Shown one piece after another: positions 48,685 through 62,596 of a stretch of DNA of 64,000 nt. Position numbers and translations under genes: made by a program. The stretch is taken from contig CP089274.1 in NCBI GenBank assembly GCA_023920165.1, forward strand, positions 806,001 to 870,000, given 5' to 3'. Position 1 is the first letter of the stretch, and the number at the start of each line of letters is the position of its first letter. The stretch comes from Curvularia clavata. Taxonomy: Eukaryota. The notes beneath the pieces were generated by a model that was given only the letters and a program-made list of their open reading frames with translations, ran no database searches and was not told the origin of the DNA.

Positions 48685-49674
48685 ATGCGCTCCTCGCTCG
48701 CTCTTACCGCAAGTCTGGCGGCACTTTGCTCCGCAGCACCTTTCCAAGCACAGACGCCGCTCAAGAACATCTTGGCCAACACAGACAAGAGTGAAAAGTA
48801 CAAGTATCCTACGGACTTTACAAGGAACATTCTGCCCAAGCCATTCCACAGCCACAATGACTACTGGCGCGACGTCCCCTTCTACTCGGGTTTGAGCGTG
48901 GGTGCCATCTCCACCGAGGCAGATGTTTGGCTCATCAATGGCACGCTCTATGTAAGTCTTATCCTACATACTCTGTCCGACCCTCACTGACACACGTCAA
49001 AGGTTGGTCACGAGCCTGCCGCGCTGAGCGACCAGCGCACTCTCGAGTCTCTCTACATCAACCCAATCCTGGATACCTTGCACCGCCAAAACCCCAGTAC
49101 CCGCTTTGTCCAGCCTGGCGAGCAAAACGGCGTCTTCGACACGTCCAGCGATCAGACGCTCTACTTTTTCATAGACTTCAAGACCGCCGCCGACGTGACC
49201 TGGCCCGCTGTCCTCAAAGCCCTTGAGCCCCTCCGAAGCGGCGACTGGCTCACCACCTACGACGGCAAGGAACTCCGCAAGAACCCCGTCACCGTCATCG
49301 GAACGGGAAACACGCAGCTCTCCGATGTCGTATCCGCATCTCCCCGCGACATCTTTTTCGATGCACCCCTTGCGGACCTCAAGGATGCAAAGTACAAGGA
49401 CCTAACTGCTAATGAATCGCCTATCGCTTCGACTAACTTTGCAGCGTCCTTTGGCGACGTGCGCAAGCGCGAGATGAACGAGACGCAGTTGGCCACGCTG
49501 CGGAGCCAGCTTGATGTCGCCCATGCAAAGGGAATCAAGGCGAGGTACTGGAACCAGCCCAACTACCCGATTGGAACGAGGAATGCCGTCTGGAGGACTC
49601 TCTGGGATGAGGGTGTTGATCTGCTCAATGTAGATGACTTGGAGGGTGCTGCGGCGTTCTGGGAGGGCGATTAG
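48685..49674 (+). CDS. Aim6-like PLC-like phosphodiesterase (TIM-barrel) with signal peptide
   Basis: PFHSHNDYW, STEADVWL, VGHE across intron 48952-49002, LESLYINPI, FIDFKT, AHAKGIKARYW, GVDLLNVDDL. Confidence 0.88.
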
Positions 49675-50314
49675 ATGGGCTCAATAGAGCTATCTGTGTG
49701 TATGTATGACAAAAGTAAATATCTCGCGACCGTTATATACATAGGTAATTGAAACAAAAGACCTAGAATGACTCTGTTGTGCCAATGATAACGCAGTTCT
49801 TTGCTTTGCGCGAACATGTTGTTCTCGCTTAAGAGCGTTGCGGCTCTTCCGGTTCGCGGTTCGCGGTTCCTGCAGCGCGCTTGCTCATATCCCTGGCCAA
49901 AGAAAACCCCAGATTACGTACTTTGGCCCCGAAGATTTTCCCACCCAAAGGCTATCCGTCCATTGCGCTCTAGACTTTCCATCTCCTCTCCCATCATTCC
50001 CGGCCTTTCTTTTTGATCAATCATCTCCGCGCAATCTACACAAGAAGCATATCCGCGTCAAATAGCAATTTAGGTGGCTGGGGTGCACGCTCTGACGCGC
50101 TATCCTTCGCTTTTTCTTTGCTTCAAAGGGCCCTGCGCGCCACAACGCCTGTTGCAACAGCCAAAGAGGTGTGCTCGGGTTTACGCGACGCTTCTTTCCG
50201 GATTGGCCGGACTGGGTTTCTCTGTGCGTTTAACGACTCAAGAGCGCGTGCGACTGGGGTGCTGGAAATTGGGAAAAGAGCCTGGGGACCAGACGGCTTA
50301 CGTCATAATCAAAC

Positions 50315-51535
50315 ATGTTCCCTCCGGCTCAAGGGTTGCGGCTGGATATCGACGCCATTAGCCAGATTTTTGGATCGATCAGCATTGCGTGTTGGATAGG
50401 TACGTTATTTCTTTTCTTATGGCACGGGTCAATTGTGTGAATAGGCTTGCATCCTGTCACCATTGCTTCTGCTCTTTCCTCGGTCTTGGCTAATACCATT
50501 GCAGTCGTCTTCTCACCACAAATCATTGAAAACTGGAAGCGGAGCTCAGCAGAAGGCCTCTCGGTCGTATTCATCATAATATGGCTTCTCGGCGACTTTT
50601 TCAACATCATCGGCGCCGTGCTGCAGGGCGTACTGCCTACCATGATCATCTTGGCTGTGTACTACACGCTCGCTGATATCGTGCTGCTGCTCCAGTGTTT
50701 CTGGTACAAGGGCTTCACGCTGCGAGATGACTTCAAGAAGCCCATGACTGAGTCCGATGAAGATAGCGAGGCGAGCGAGCAGTCGCCGCTACTTGCTGAG
50801 CGTAGACCACACTCCAACGGGTCTCCGTATACGAATCGGAACGGCAATGGAATCGAGGTGCAAAGATCCACCATACCCGATTTTGAAAGACGCGGATCAG
50901 GTCACTCGCAAAGTTCGTTTCGAGAACGCTATCTGTCGATTGACGGCACGCATCTTTCGCCTGTCACGCCGCTCCTGGATGACCCCACGACCAGACGCAG
51001 AAGCAGTGTTGTAGCAGTCAGCCCAGCCCCAGCACAGTCGAATCTCCAAACTATCATTTTCAATGCCGGCACCGTCCTGCTCGTCTGCGCCGCCGGCGTC
51101 TTTGGCTGGTACCTCAGTGCGCGAAACGCGCCTCCTTCCGATGGCCATGACCCTTCATCCGAAGCCACACTGCATTTCAATCTCTGGGGCCAAATCTCCG
51201 GCTACGTTTGTGCCATTCTGTACCTTGGATCCCGTGTGCCACAGCTCTTGTTGAACTATCGCCGCAAGTCTACAGAGGGTATCAGCATGCTGTTCTTCCT
51301 CTTCGCTTGTTTGGGTAATCTCACTTACGTGCTTAGTATCCTGGTGTACAAGCCCAAGTGCGGTGGCCATGAGTGCCGCGGCAGCGAGGGAAGAGCAGAG
51401 TATGGAAAGTATATTGCGGTGAATATGAGCTGGTTGCTGGGCAGTTTCGGTACACTTTTGCTCGATGCCGGTGTATTTGTGCAGTATTTTATGTATAGGA
51501 CGGATGATGAGGAGAGTAGTGATGAGGAAGAGTAA
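50315..51535 (+). CDS. PQ-loop vacuolar cationic amino-acid transporter (Ypq1/2/3, PQLC2 family)
   Basis: Exon 1 MFPPAQG..GSISIACWI, intron 50400-50504; two PQ loops FSPQIIENW..SAEGLS and SRVPQLLLNY..STEGIS; acidic dileucine-like EQSPLL. Confidence 0.92.
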
Positions 51536-52145
51536 TGGGTTATCCGGTGCGTGGGAGGTGTTTGGCGTCATTTGATTGAGTGGATTTAGTGTCAAGATTG
51601 TATGGTTATATGTGTAAATGACGAAATTGACTGTATATAGGACGGATGTATTTGTTACTTTGGAACGAGTTACGTTCAGCTAGGTATGGTTGGATGGAAA
51701 ATTATAGCATTGTCTCAATTACTAAAGAAAAGTTATTCACGTTTCCACAGCACACTACTATATCCATTAACGTAGGATATTTCTCTGGTTCAGAAGTATG
51801 TGAACTATTCACAGCGCTGCCACTGTATATCAGAACGGGAAAAGATTCGCAAAGACAGGTAAGATGAAAGCTTGATTTACTACAACTGGGTTCTTTCAGC
51901 ACCTTACACTGTCGAAACATACCCGTCATTTCCGTTCGGTGGAAACATCGAAGTAAAGTAAAAAACGACACCTTCCCTCCCTTAGAGTACTGTCGCTAAT
52001 AGCAGGACAAAGAAAAAACATGACATCATAACATAGCTCTCTTACACCCAAACAACACCATATCCCCGCTCAACACAAAAACAAAAAGACACCTCGCACC
52101 GCCCCCATAAAACAGTAGAACACATCTACTCGTCCCGCTTCTCCC

Positions 52146-52885
52146 TCACAGCTCCTTGCCTTTGCCCTTTCCCTTCTTGCTCGCTTTCACCCTCTGCACT
52201 TCCCTCTCAATCCCCTCCTCGACCTCCATCCTCAACTCCTTGTAAAATCCGAGCTTAAACAGCGTCTCGTACCACACAAACAGCGGGGCTAGGAACAGCG
52301 ATTGCACTAAGTTGTCCAGCAGCGCCGGCTTGCGTCCCTCGTACTTGCCGTGGCCGATGAATTGCAGAATCCAGCCGGCGACGTGCACACCGATTGCGAT
52401 GCCGGTGACTTTGGTCTTGGAGAAGCGCGTGGTGAGGTAGTTGGAGATGGAGGCGAGGGAGAGGACCAGGGGAGTAATGGTCACGCCGGCGAGGTTGGGG
52501 GAGAGGAGCAGATAGAGGGTTGAGTAGGTGGCTGCGGCGATGGTTCCGAGGTTTAGGGGAAGGTGCAGGCGTGTGAGGAGAGGGGAAGGGCGAATGGGGA
52601 GGGTGGGTGTGCGGGTACCCTGGGATATTGGTTAGTAACGGTGTTGGTGAGATAGATTTGTGCGCATATGATAGGGTACGTACGAAGAGAAAGCCTGTTC
52701 CAAGGAGAATGGGGACGCAGGCCATGTGGATGGCGACGTTGGTTGGGTCGCGGTGGTAGGCGCCGTACTGTGGTTTTGACACATGTCAGCGTGGTTCTGG
52801 ACCAAGAAGTCGATCAAGTACGTGATGTTAGAAGGGGGGCATGACGTACGAAGACGAGGTTCTTCTTAAGATCGAAAAGCGGCAT
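52146..52885 (-). CDS. MPO1: Mpo1/DUF962 2-hydroxy fatty-acid dioxygenase
   Basis: MPLFDLKKNLVF|YGAYHRDPTNVAIHMACVP..|..GWILQFIGHGKYEGRKPALLDNLVQSLFLAP; two introns. Confidence 0.9.
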
Positions 52886-53868
52886 CTTGAAGGTATTCGC
52901 TACGTTTTCTTTCTTTCTTTGTAGATACGATTTCTCCGCGCTGGACCAAAAGTGCCAGAAAGCGAAACTATTCGAACAGTGCACGCGACAGTCTTCCCCA
53001 CGATTTTATGTATACCCGCTGCTGATCAGAGTTGGGAGAGAATGCGGGGAAGAGCGGATCCGGACGAACACAGAGGGTCAAGCAAGCAGAACAAAAGTAT
53101 CTTTTCTATTGTAAGCAAATTAGAAGACGGTGGAAATCACAGCAGAGAGCTGGGCGAGTGATCATCTAGCTACGTCTATTATACCCCAGACGCCACATGG
53201 TCGCATGGAACTCGCATTGCCCAGATTTCCGATGTCACCTCATCCGCAACGACTACCAAACATGGGGCGTGGTTACGGCGCGAATCAGAAAGCAGGTGCA
53301 GGTGCGTCGCGGGACAGGGCGGATGGGGTGTGGGCTTGCTTCGCTGCAACGATGTGCCGAGGTAAGTATTTTACGCAACCCCAGGTTTGTCCTGTTTATG
53401 CGGCCGCGGTTGTGGCATGTGAGAGACACGGTAATTAGCCAAAAGCGTAAGTCAATCATCCGACCGACGTCTGCTCACAACAAGAGTAGCACCGTGAATT
53501 CCGCCGGTAGGTGATGGGCACATGTTTGTATGGAGAGACTTATTTTACAAGGGAATATTGGTTCCAATTGCATTTCTATCGATTGCAGAGGAATCAAGTT
53601 AATGAGAAAGTAGTTTGTGGTCAAGGAAAGTATGCATGCTAACCGCAGCTAGCAAAGGGTATAGAGCTAAAAGAACGACTTTGTACCTGTATCCCCAATT
53701 CCATCACCGGTGTCCATTAAATCGCCAAGTCACTGCTCGCCTCCAAGTCACAAAAATCCATATGTCGAGTACTCTCCACCACCCACATTACTACTCGTGA
53801 ACTTCAATTCGCAAGAATTGACAAATTGAGTACGATCACTCTTCGGCCCGATCGTTCCCAACTCACCA

Positions 53869-56160
53869 TCATACCTGCTTGTCGTCGCGAGGCGGCGGCT
53901 GAACATATGCCCCAGGCTTAGTCAGTCCCTTCTTACGCAGCACATACGTATTCCACGCATATCCGACCTGCGCCGTAACACTGACCGGCGGTCTCTGGTC
54001 TCCAAACTTGTACAGCTGCGGCTTTGCCAGTCCCTTGCGGCGCAGAATGTAAGTTTTGATCCACCACGACAGATTGGGCCCAGCCTGGTACTTCATGTGT
54101 TTGCGAGTTGGAACGCCGAAAACGTAGTCGAGTTCTTCGAGTGTACGCTGCTTGGTTTCCGGAAGCCAGAGGAAACTGCGGATGTCATGTTAGCAAACCT
54201 CACTTACGCACGAACCACAGCTTTCCAACTTACATCATTATTAACGCCACAACGTTCATACCAGCATAAAAGCCAAAAACACCCTGCGGCTTCAAAGCTT
54301 TCAGCATCCTCGGCAAGGTCAAACTCAAAACAGACGCCCAGAAGTTGTTCGTTGCGACAGCCCAAGACATGCCGACCTCACGGTGCGAGAGAGGGAACAC
54401 CTCGGCGGAGTAAGTAAAGGGAACAGGTCCCATGCCCGGACTGTAAAAGGCGCCGAAGAGATAGACAAAGAAGGCAATGAGACCGAGGTGTGCATCACTT
54501 TCTTTGGGGATATAGTAGCACATTCCAGCTGTGAGCAGCGTCCAAAACATGTTGGGGAAAGTGGCAAGTAATAGTCCACGTCGACCAAAGGTATCGATGG
54601 TCCAGACAGCCGGCCAGGCGAAGACGAAGTTAACAAGACCGAAGCCAAACGACGCGATCAAGGCCTCCTTGTTGGAGGCACCACCCTCGGCAAAGATTGT
54701 CGAGCTGTAGAATGCAATGATGTTTATGCCGCACATCTGCTGTCCGATCATAATGATTCCGGATGCCTGTGTCGCACGACGGACACGTGGGATGGTGACG
54801 AGTTCGACCAGGCGGGTAAAGAAGTTTGACTTGGGGTTGATACCCGACTCGCGGATCAGCACCTCTTCTTGCTCGAGCATGCAATGGGTGTAGTAGAGGT
54901 CGCGAGCAGCCTGGAGCGGCGAGTTGCGTAGACGGAGGAAGGACCGGTATGCTTTGGCGTGCTTGCCCTTCTTCATCAGCCAGCGAGGACTTTCGGGGAC
55001 AAACCAGATGCCGAGCACAAGAGGTACGGCGGGGATGAAGGCAGAGCCGAACTGCAAGCGCCAAGATATCCTTCCTGTGTTCTGGAAAGTGTCAATAACA
55101 GCAAAGGATTGCGGAGATATCTAGCTTACCATGACAACCAGGTTAGCTACGGTACCAAGAAAGATGCCAAAAGCTGTCCAGATCTGCCAGGACATGACGA
55201 GACCACCTCGAACACTGGCTGGAACGTTCTCCGCTGAGAACACAGGGACAGTGACCTCCTTGAGACCCATACCGATACCGAGGAGCACACGGCAAGCTGC
55301 CAGCTGACCCCACGTCTGGCTCAGGCCCATACCAAACGGAGCCAAGAGCGAGAAAATGGCGGCGATGAAAATGGTACCACGGCGGCCGCAGAGATCGTTG
55401 ATAGGGTCTTTGACATGTCAGTACAGGAAGAGTCAGGCTGAAAAGGTAGACTTACCAGAGATCCAAGCGCAAAAGACGGCAATGGCGATATACGGACACG
55501 CATTGACGAAGCCGATAATCCAACCATTCTTCTCGCAGTTGCCGGCCGCCTCGCATTCAGGTCCGGAGTCTGGGATGCCCAGCGCCTGGCCAAACGTTAA
55601 GTTGGCGCCGTTGGACCCAGTCTGGTCCCAGCCCTGGATGGCAGCGGCGATGGAATTGAGAATAATAGTAAAGTACAAGGTGCGCGGCAGCTTGAACCGG
55701 TGCGTCAGCTCTTCGCGGATAATAGTACGTTCGTTTTCGTCGAGCTCCTCCATTTCTTCGAAAAGAGCAGGAGACTGAGCGACGAGCGCGCCCTTGACGA
55801 GGAGCGGCTCCACATCCTCGAGACCATACTCTTTGGCGTAATTGTGGACATTGGCCAAGAGCTGCTCTCGCGGAATGTCGACGAGTGGGTTGCGGATCCT
55901 AAGTGAGGCGTGAGTAACAGTGATACTCTGAATGGATACTCAAATTGAGTATGTTGACTTACTCTCCCTCCAGATTGGCCGTCAGTCGCGCGAGACTCTC
56001 CTTGCGCCTTTGCTCATCGTCGAAGATGGAAGCTTTGCGCTCGGTGTGCTCGGTGTGATCTTCAGCGACTTGCCTGGCAATAGAGCATTAGTACGATCGG
56101 AGCAAGAGGGTGGACATAAAAGACTTACTCGATCTTGGTCTCTTTCTCTGGTTCCGCCAT
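53869..56160 (-). CDS. MFS sugar-porter family transporter (polyol/inositol/pentose-type)
   Basis: Multi-exon: [10 protein letters not shown].., [82 protein letters not shown]. Confidence 0.92.
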
Positions 56161-59007
56161 GTTGAACCACGCGAGGGAAAGAGGAAGGTTGGGGCGCGTG
56201 TTTGTGCAACGGTTGAATTTTGACTACGTCTACTTCCGGGGGCGCGTTGCTTAATATCTGAGGCCGCAGCGGGTGAGAATGATCCGAGCCATGGCTGCCT
56301 TGCAGGCCCGTTTGCAGTCACAAGTCTGGGGTACTTCCCTTTCTCGAGAGCTGCATCTTCCCCGCCCCGCCCGGCTGCCTTGGTTGGCTGTTTGTATCTT
56401 CGTTGTCCTCGATCAAATCGCGTCACGCGGTCGAAGGGCAAACGAGCCAATGGCAGTGTCGAGGCGGCACAGCTTGCATTCATGCCTAGGACACGCAACG
56501 TCGGCGGCGTGAATGTGTAAGGTGGAGAAGACGCCTTGGCATTCACTTTTTTTTTCTTGTCTTGGTCGCGCCTTGGAGTTGCTGAGGACAAGACGAGAAA
56601 AGCTGTTGGCCAAGAGGAAAAGTGCCAGGTGACCCCATGTTGAGATGACTTGGCCCCTGCCTGCGTTTATCTATCGAGATTGGAGACGAACAAGGCTGTG
56701 GAGTTGTTCTGAACTTCCAAGTACACGGTAACTTTAATGACATCGCCACCGACAAGGGGGATTTCACAAAATAGCCTTGCAAGCGGGAAATAGAACATGC
56801 AGACTCAAAGTATAATTCCACTCATACCAGATAAGTACAGTGTAATCGAAAACAACCGCAAAGAGGTGCCGATATTACACGAGCCTTGGCTTTGGCTCAG
56901 CATCGATCTTGGTTTTCTCAGGCAATCGGCGTGACCATCACCATCACCAACAGACGAACAAAACCATCAGCACGGCAAGAAGGAAAGAGGGAGGCGAGGG
57001 GTGGCATAGCAGATGGCGCCAGCGGACGTTACAAACTCCAACAGCTGCATTTTCGCATTTTCCTATTTTGTATTCATTAGATATCATTTTTTCTGGCTGC
57101 TGTAGCAAGGCAGTAAGACACCATCCTCGCCAAGCTTGGTGTCAGCCCATACGAACTACCCCACCTCTGCATCCAAGTATAAGACAGAAAACAAATGGGA
57201 TTTGGAAAAACGTCTCCTACAAGAAACAGAGTCTAGTACCAGAAGGTATGATATTCTCACTCAAATAGTCTCATTCACTTGGAAAATCGTATATGCAAAT
57301 TCACACCCCACCACCACCCCCATTCAGCAAAGCCTCCTCTAGCTCTATCTCCCATCCCCCTCGATCTTCCTGATATTCCCCGCATTTCGCTTGGCTTGCA
57401 CATCCCTCCACCTCTTGGCCCATGCTTCCCCGTATTCTTCTCTCCATTAGGCATTCTTGCTTATCCCCTCCAAAATCGCGCGCCTCAGCACACCATAGCC
57501 TCACTATCACTCAAACTCCATGTCCTCTGCTGACCCATTACCTACCATCCCCATGTGCCTCTTTGATGCCTAAAAAGAAACCTTCCCTACCCAGGGAACC
57601 TCTCTTTAAGTTTTTTTTTTTCAAAACCAAAAGGGATGAGGCAGAAAAGCCAAAAAGTGCACGTTTATCCACACCATTCTCTCCCTACACTCAGCGGTAA
57701 ACGTAGAAACGCAACGCAACGCGCTCACCTCCAAAGACCGAATACCACCAGCACATCAAATACTCAACAAATTCCCCCTTAAGAAACTGTAGAGTACTTT
57801 CCAAAAGTACCTTATCTTCTCAACTACTCAGTATACCCACAACATTCAGCCACACTCAAAGCCATCGATCCTACCATAACCCTACGTAAGTTTCACAAGC
57901 CACTATTTTTTCCTGTAGCTTTCCCCCCCAAGGGTTTAGAGAGAGAGATTGCTTTGGCGTACACGTAAAACCGGTATTTCAGAGTCGAGGCCCGGCTTTG
58001 TTGAGTCCTGGAGCTAGTAGAGCAGAGAGACTAGTGTACTCCGCTCCGCTACCCACTAGAAACAGATTGGGTAGCGGGAGGGAGGGAGATTGTGGCGGTG
58101 GCGGCGGGGTCGCCGTTTAGATGAAGCACAAAGGGAGGGAGGAAGGGTGGGTACGTACGTACGTAGGTAAGCAGGGTGTGCCTAAGACTTCAACGCGCTA
58201 AGATGCGGCGTGCGCGGATCTGCGAGATGGCACCTTTTTTTTTGTAGGTTTGTAAAGAGATGGTGTTTTATTTGGCACTTGGGAGGTAAGAGTTTCTTGT
58301 GCAAAATAGATACCCTCGTACTTCCTCCATCCTTCAAGACTTTTGAAAATAAAAAACACCGAGCTGGGCCATAAGCTCTATACTTTGGATCATTCATGAA
58401 ACGAAGAGGAGCGCCATGTGAGGGGTACAAATGTAACTTTCTTTCTTAGGTACCTAGCCCGGCCGAGAAAGAAGGCGCGTGCTCTATCTACATGCAGTAT
58501 CCCGCCATGTATGCGTGCCTAGCACACTCGGTCACTCCGAGCTGGCTGTCAGCCTGATGCGCTACAGCATTCTCCGATTCGAGGCCCTTGTGCTTCTTGT
58601 TTGACAATAGCTCCCTCTAATCTTTGTACTGAGTGAGAGTGGAACGATTTTGAGAAAGTATGTTTGGCGCTCTTGAAAAAAGGGTTTCGCTAAGAAGACA
58701 TCAAGCTCCAGCTAGCGTCTCTCAACGCTTTGTATGCTTTTCAGCTTCAAGCTCTGGGCAGCTCTGAACTGTCGGCTAAGCAGTAGAAGAAATGCTTGCC
58801 CTATAGTCTTTCCACCCTCTCACTTTCCCAACGGGTGCAGTCTTGCAGGAACTTCTTGGCTTTGGCCACTTGTTCTGCCTTGCTCCTATCCTCATTCCAC
58901 TTGCTTCTGCGAGACTGTGTCAGTTCTTGTCCCTGTCACTGTCCCGATATTGATTTATCCATGAGTTCATTAGCCCTGGTTGAACTGCCACAACAGTCCT
59001 CTGTCCC

Positions 59008-60168
59008 CTAGTTTCCAGAGCCATGCATCGTCGTATCTCGTGTCTTTCTCTCTGAAACGTCGCCCATTGTATCTGCGGACCCAGCAAATGCCTGCTGAAT
59101 CGGTGGGCGAGGCTTGGCTGCGATATCCAGCTCAGCGAACTTTGGTCGTACTTGAAATATGTTGACACGTGCGGCATTGAAGACCTGTTCGGAGGGCGGG
59201 ATGGCGACGGCGAGGTTAGTGTTTTCTGTTAGGCGGGTGATGAAGAACATGAAGCGGCCGGTTTTGATTTGCATTTCGGCAAAGTTTGCGCTGCCAGCGG
59301 GGATGTTTGTGTGTTTTCTACAGATAGATGTCAGTGGGTTTCAAAGCTGATTTGTGTGATGGGTAGCACATACGCCATGCTCTGTTTATGTGTCTTGAGG
59401 ATACTCGAGATACGTTCGAATCGGTCGGTGAAAGGATTGGCTTCCTCAGTCTGCCTGGTAACATGCGCTACCGTAAGACATGTGGTTCGCTCGTACAATA
59501 TCAGTTCCCTTGCATCGATGACCTCAGCAAGCTGTTCCAATAGAGCCTCGATTGTGCCAGCGTTTGGTATCAGATAGTAAATTATCTTGGTCCATGCTTT
59601 GTACAAGCTCTGGTCCCAAATGCTCGTCGCAAAGAACTCGACCGTATCCTTGAATCCCTCGCTAGCCTCACGGATATACTCTGCACGCTCGTCGAACATG
59701 GCCTGTCGAAGGCGTGCTTGCACGAGATCCATCTTGTGTATCAGGCAGAAGACCTTTGCACTGGGACTGCATTCGTGGAGGGCGCGGATAATGTTTGAAT
59801 AGGAGACGACGTCGGCTGCAAACTCGCGCGATTCAATGTCAAAGACAAAGATGAGTACAGCAACTGAACCAAAGACGTGATTCCTAGACTGGTTGAGGTA
59901 GTTCTCGACGAAGCCGTCTTGACTGCGATGGGTCAGCCTTTTTCGACGACGGATACTATGTCACTCACCCTCCGCAATCCCAGAGGTTGAGCATGAGGTT
60001 GCCCATGAACTTGATGTTGCTGTGCTCGACATCGATGGTTGCGCCCAGCCTGCGCACGTCTTTGGCGACATAGTTGCTGAAGACGATGCTTCTCATCGAC
60101 GACTTGCCAGCGCCACTCTTGCCCATCAGCAGCACCTTGCGCTGCTTCTGACGCTTGACGGAATTCAT
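59008..60168 (-). CDS. GTR1: Rag GTPase RagA/B (TORC1 activator)
   Basis: [80 protein letters not shown]; two introns. Confidence 0.97.
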
Positions 60169-60939
60169 GCTGAGTGTGTGAGGGGCTGTCGGGGTTGCAG
60201 GGTGGTGTAGGACGTAGGATGACGTATCGTAAACACAGGATGCAGACGAGAGGGCGTGGAGCTTGGACGCGCGACGTGAGCATGTGCAAGCAGCTGCTTG
60301 GCGGTGGGGCCAGCCTTCCGCTCTCCACACTGTTCAGCACACGTGGAGCCTTATGAAGGCCAATCCTTGTATTAGCAGCATTGAAACAGCAGTGGCCGGA
60401 GCGGCAACACAGCATTCGCATTACAAGCACGGCCTGCACGTCACACGTCCCTCGTGTTCATGAGCCAATTTCGACATGGTTTACAGATTAAAAAGCAATC
60501 TTATCAATCGTACAATGGCAAGCTATTGGCTGTAATTCAATCGGCTCGACTGCTTGGCTAATTGCCCAATTTTTTTTGTTTCCCAAAAAGCTCCTCAGTA
60601 AATGGCGGAATATTACAACAGAAGAGAACAGGCAGCCCGAAAGCGCTGTGTCTTTGTGTGTATAAATGAACAACATAGAAAAAATGAACAAGAGTGCTCA
60701 CGTGGGTCAATGTGACGAAGCAGAACGTATGAACAGATAAAAAAAGCCTGGCCACCACATGCGACCGTCAAGATCGTGTATCATGAAATCCCATGCACTG
60801 GGCCAAGATTAGAAGGTCCTTATTGCGGCGTGGGTGAGGGACACCCTCAAGATCGGGAGCGTGCTTCCGCTGCACACAGTCGGTATGGTATGTAAAATGA
60901 AGCGAAAGAAAGGCGGAACAATGGAAGAAAGGGGGTATC

Positions 60940-62596
60940 TTAGAAAACAGTGCCATCCGAGAGGATCATGATCGGCGGTTCTTTAGTGTTGGGCCGCGAC
61001 ACTTCGGCAATTTCTCGACCTCCCTGTTGATGCGAGTCAGCGTTGCTCCAATTAGTCTGGCGTCGCATTCAAACTTACCTTCCAACTTCCCGCTTCCAGC
61101 ATCTGTGCCAGGGTCAGTTTGTCTGGCCCGCTCAAGCGCAGCAACTTGTTGACTTCGACAAGGAGCTCGTCGAGCAGTCCAACCGTGGCTGCGCGCCATT
61201 CGACAATCACGTCGTCATCGGCAGTGAACATGGGAACCACCTCCATGCTTGGTTGTCCCTTTTGCTGCGCGTTGGCCTGGTATTGCTCCAGGCCGCGCTG
61301 TGCATCTTCAGACTTTAGTGTCAGGACGCCGACATCGATGAAGAGACCGCCGTTTCGATATTCTGGCAGACCGGTCAGGAGTTCGGCTCCGGCAAAGTGC
61401 ACGTGGAGTAGCTTGGTCATGGGCACCATGAGCGAGTAAGCCAGCCACTGGGTGAGTTTGTGGAATGGGACAATATTTTCCCAGGGGTGGGTTGGATGTG
61501 AGGGCATGACAGAACAAGGCCATGCGTCACCCATGGGGACGCCGTCGATTTGGGTTCTCGACGCCGGCCAAATGGGAGTGAGACTGTCCATGAGGGTATT
61601 CCAGAGGGTGGGAAGAGGAATAATGGGGACAGAGGATGCTTGTGTAGTGGGGTGTGAGAGGAGGTAGTCTGGTAGTGTTAGCGCGCAAGTCTAGTTATGA
61701 TATATCGCGTCGCACGTGTGCGTACCGAGCATGTTTCCTGGGCGTGCTTCGAGGCCAAAGACCTCTTGGTTCTGGAGGGCTTCTCCGAGACGAAGCAGTA
61801 GACTGGTCCGGCCCTCGAGGCCATCAATTGGATTCGAGGCGCTCACTTGAAGACCGCGAGCTACTGCATTGACGTCGAGCTTCTTGAGGCCGGCGCTGTC
61901 GACTTGGTACGGCTCCTTGGGGTCGCTGCTGAAGACACCAGCCTTGAACATTTCCAGACTGGCAACGGCGAGGCCCTCGCTGCGACGGTAGACCTTGCCC
62001 GACTCCTTGCTCTTGTACTGCCATTTTGTTCCGGCGCCGGCGTCGAGCAGGACGGAAACAAGAAACAGATCAAGCAAACGGCGGGTGCGCTCCTGGTTGT
62101 CGACGGTGGAGGGCCACGAGGCCATGAGCTGGTCGATTCGCGGTCGACCGCCGACGTCAAAGTGCTGCCACCTGCCATGTGGGGGGATAGAAGCGTAGTC
62201 GGGAGCATAGTCGCGCTGGAGAGGGTCTTTGTGTTAGAGGGTAGTCTAGGCAGGGCATTGTTGGGGTATGGCTAGTCTCACCTTGATTATGGAGACTACG
62301 AAGCTGGCGGCATCTCCAAACTTGCTCATGTCGACGGTAAAGTGCTTGAGCTGGTTCTTTTTTGCCTTTTCGAAGACGAGCCTGGAGCGCTCGCGCACGG
62401 CGTGGATGCTGCGCAGGTAGCCGGCCGGGTCGAGGGATGGATCTGGGGCCTTTGGCAGCGGAATGTCTGGAAAGCTGGTGGGACGAGAGCCGTTGGGCGT
62501 GGGACCAGGGGAGCGCAGGGAGCCATTGGAGCTGTTTGGCTGGCTGGTGCCAGGAGAAACCTGGGGCTTTGAGCCCTTGCGATTGAAGAGACGCAT
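60940..62596 (-). CDS. URC4: Uracil catabolism protein Urc4/Urg3 (DUF1688)
   Basis: YLRSIHAVRER; IPPHGRWQHF; DLFLVSVLLDAGAG; RSEGLAVASL; PFHKLTQWLAYSL; LTGLPEYRNGGL; VEWRA; LEAGSWK|GGREIA..SDGTVF*; three introns. Confidence 0.94.

Noticed and set aside
50315..62596. Apparent nutrient-sensing cluster (YPQ, GTR1, URC4, plus YIH1 far away)
   Set aside because: Interspersed with unrelated genes; no shared motif or evidence of co-regulation.
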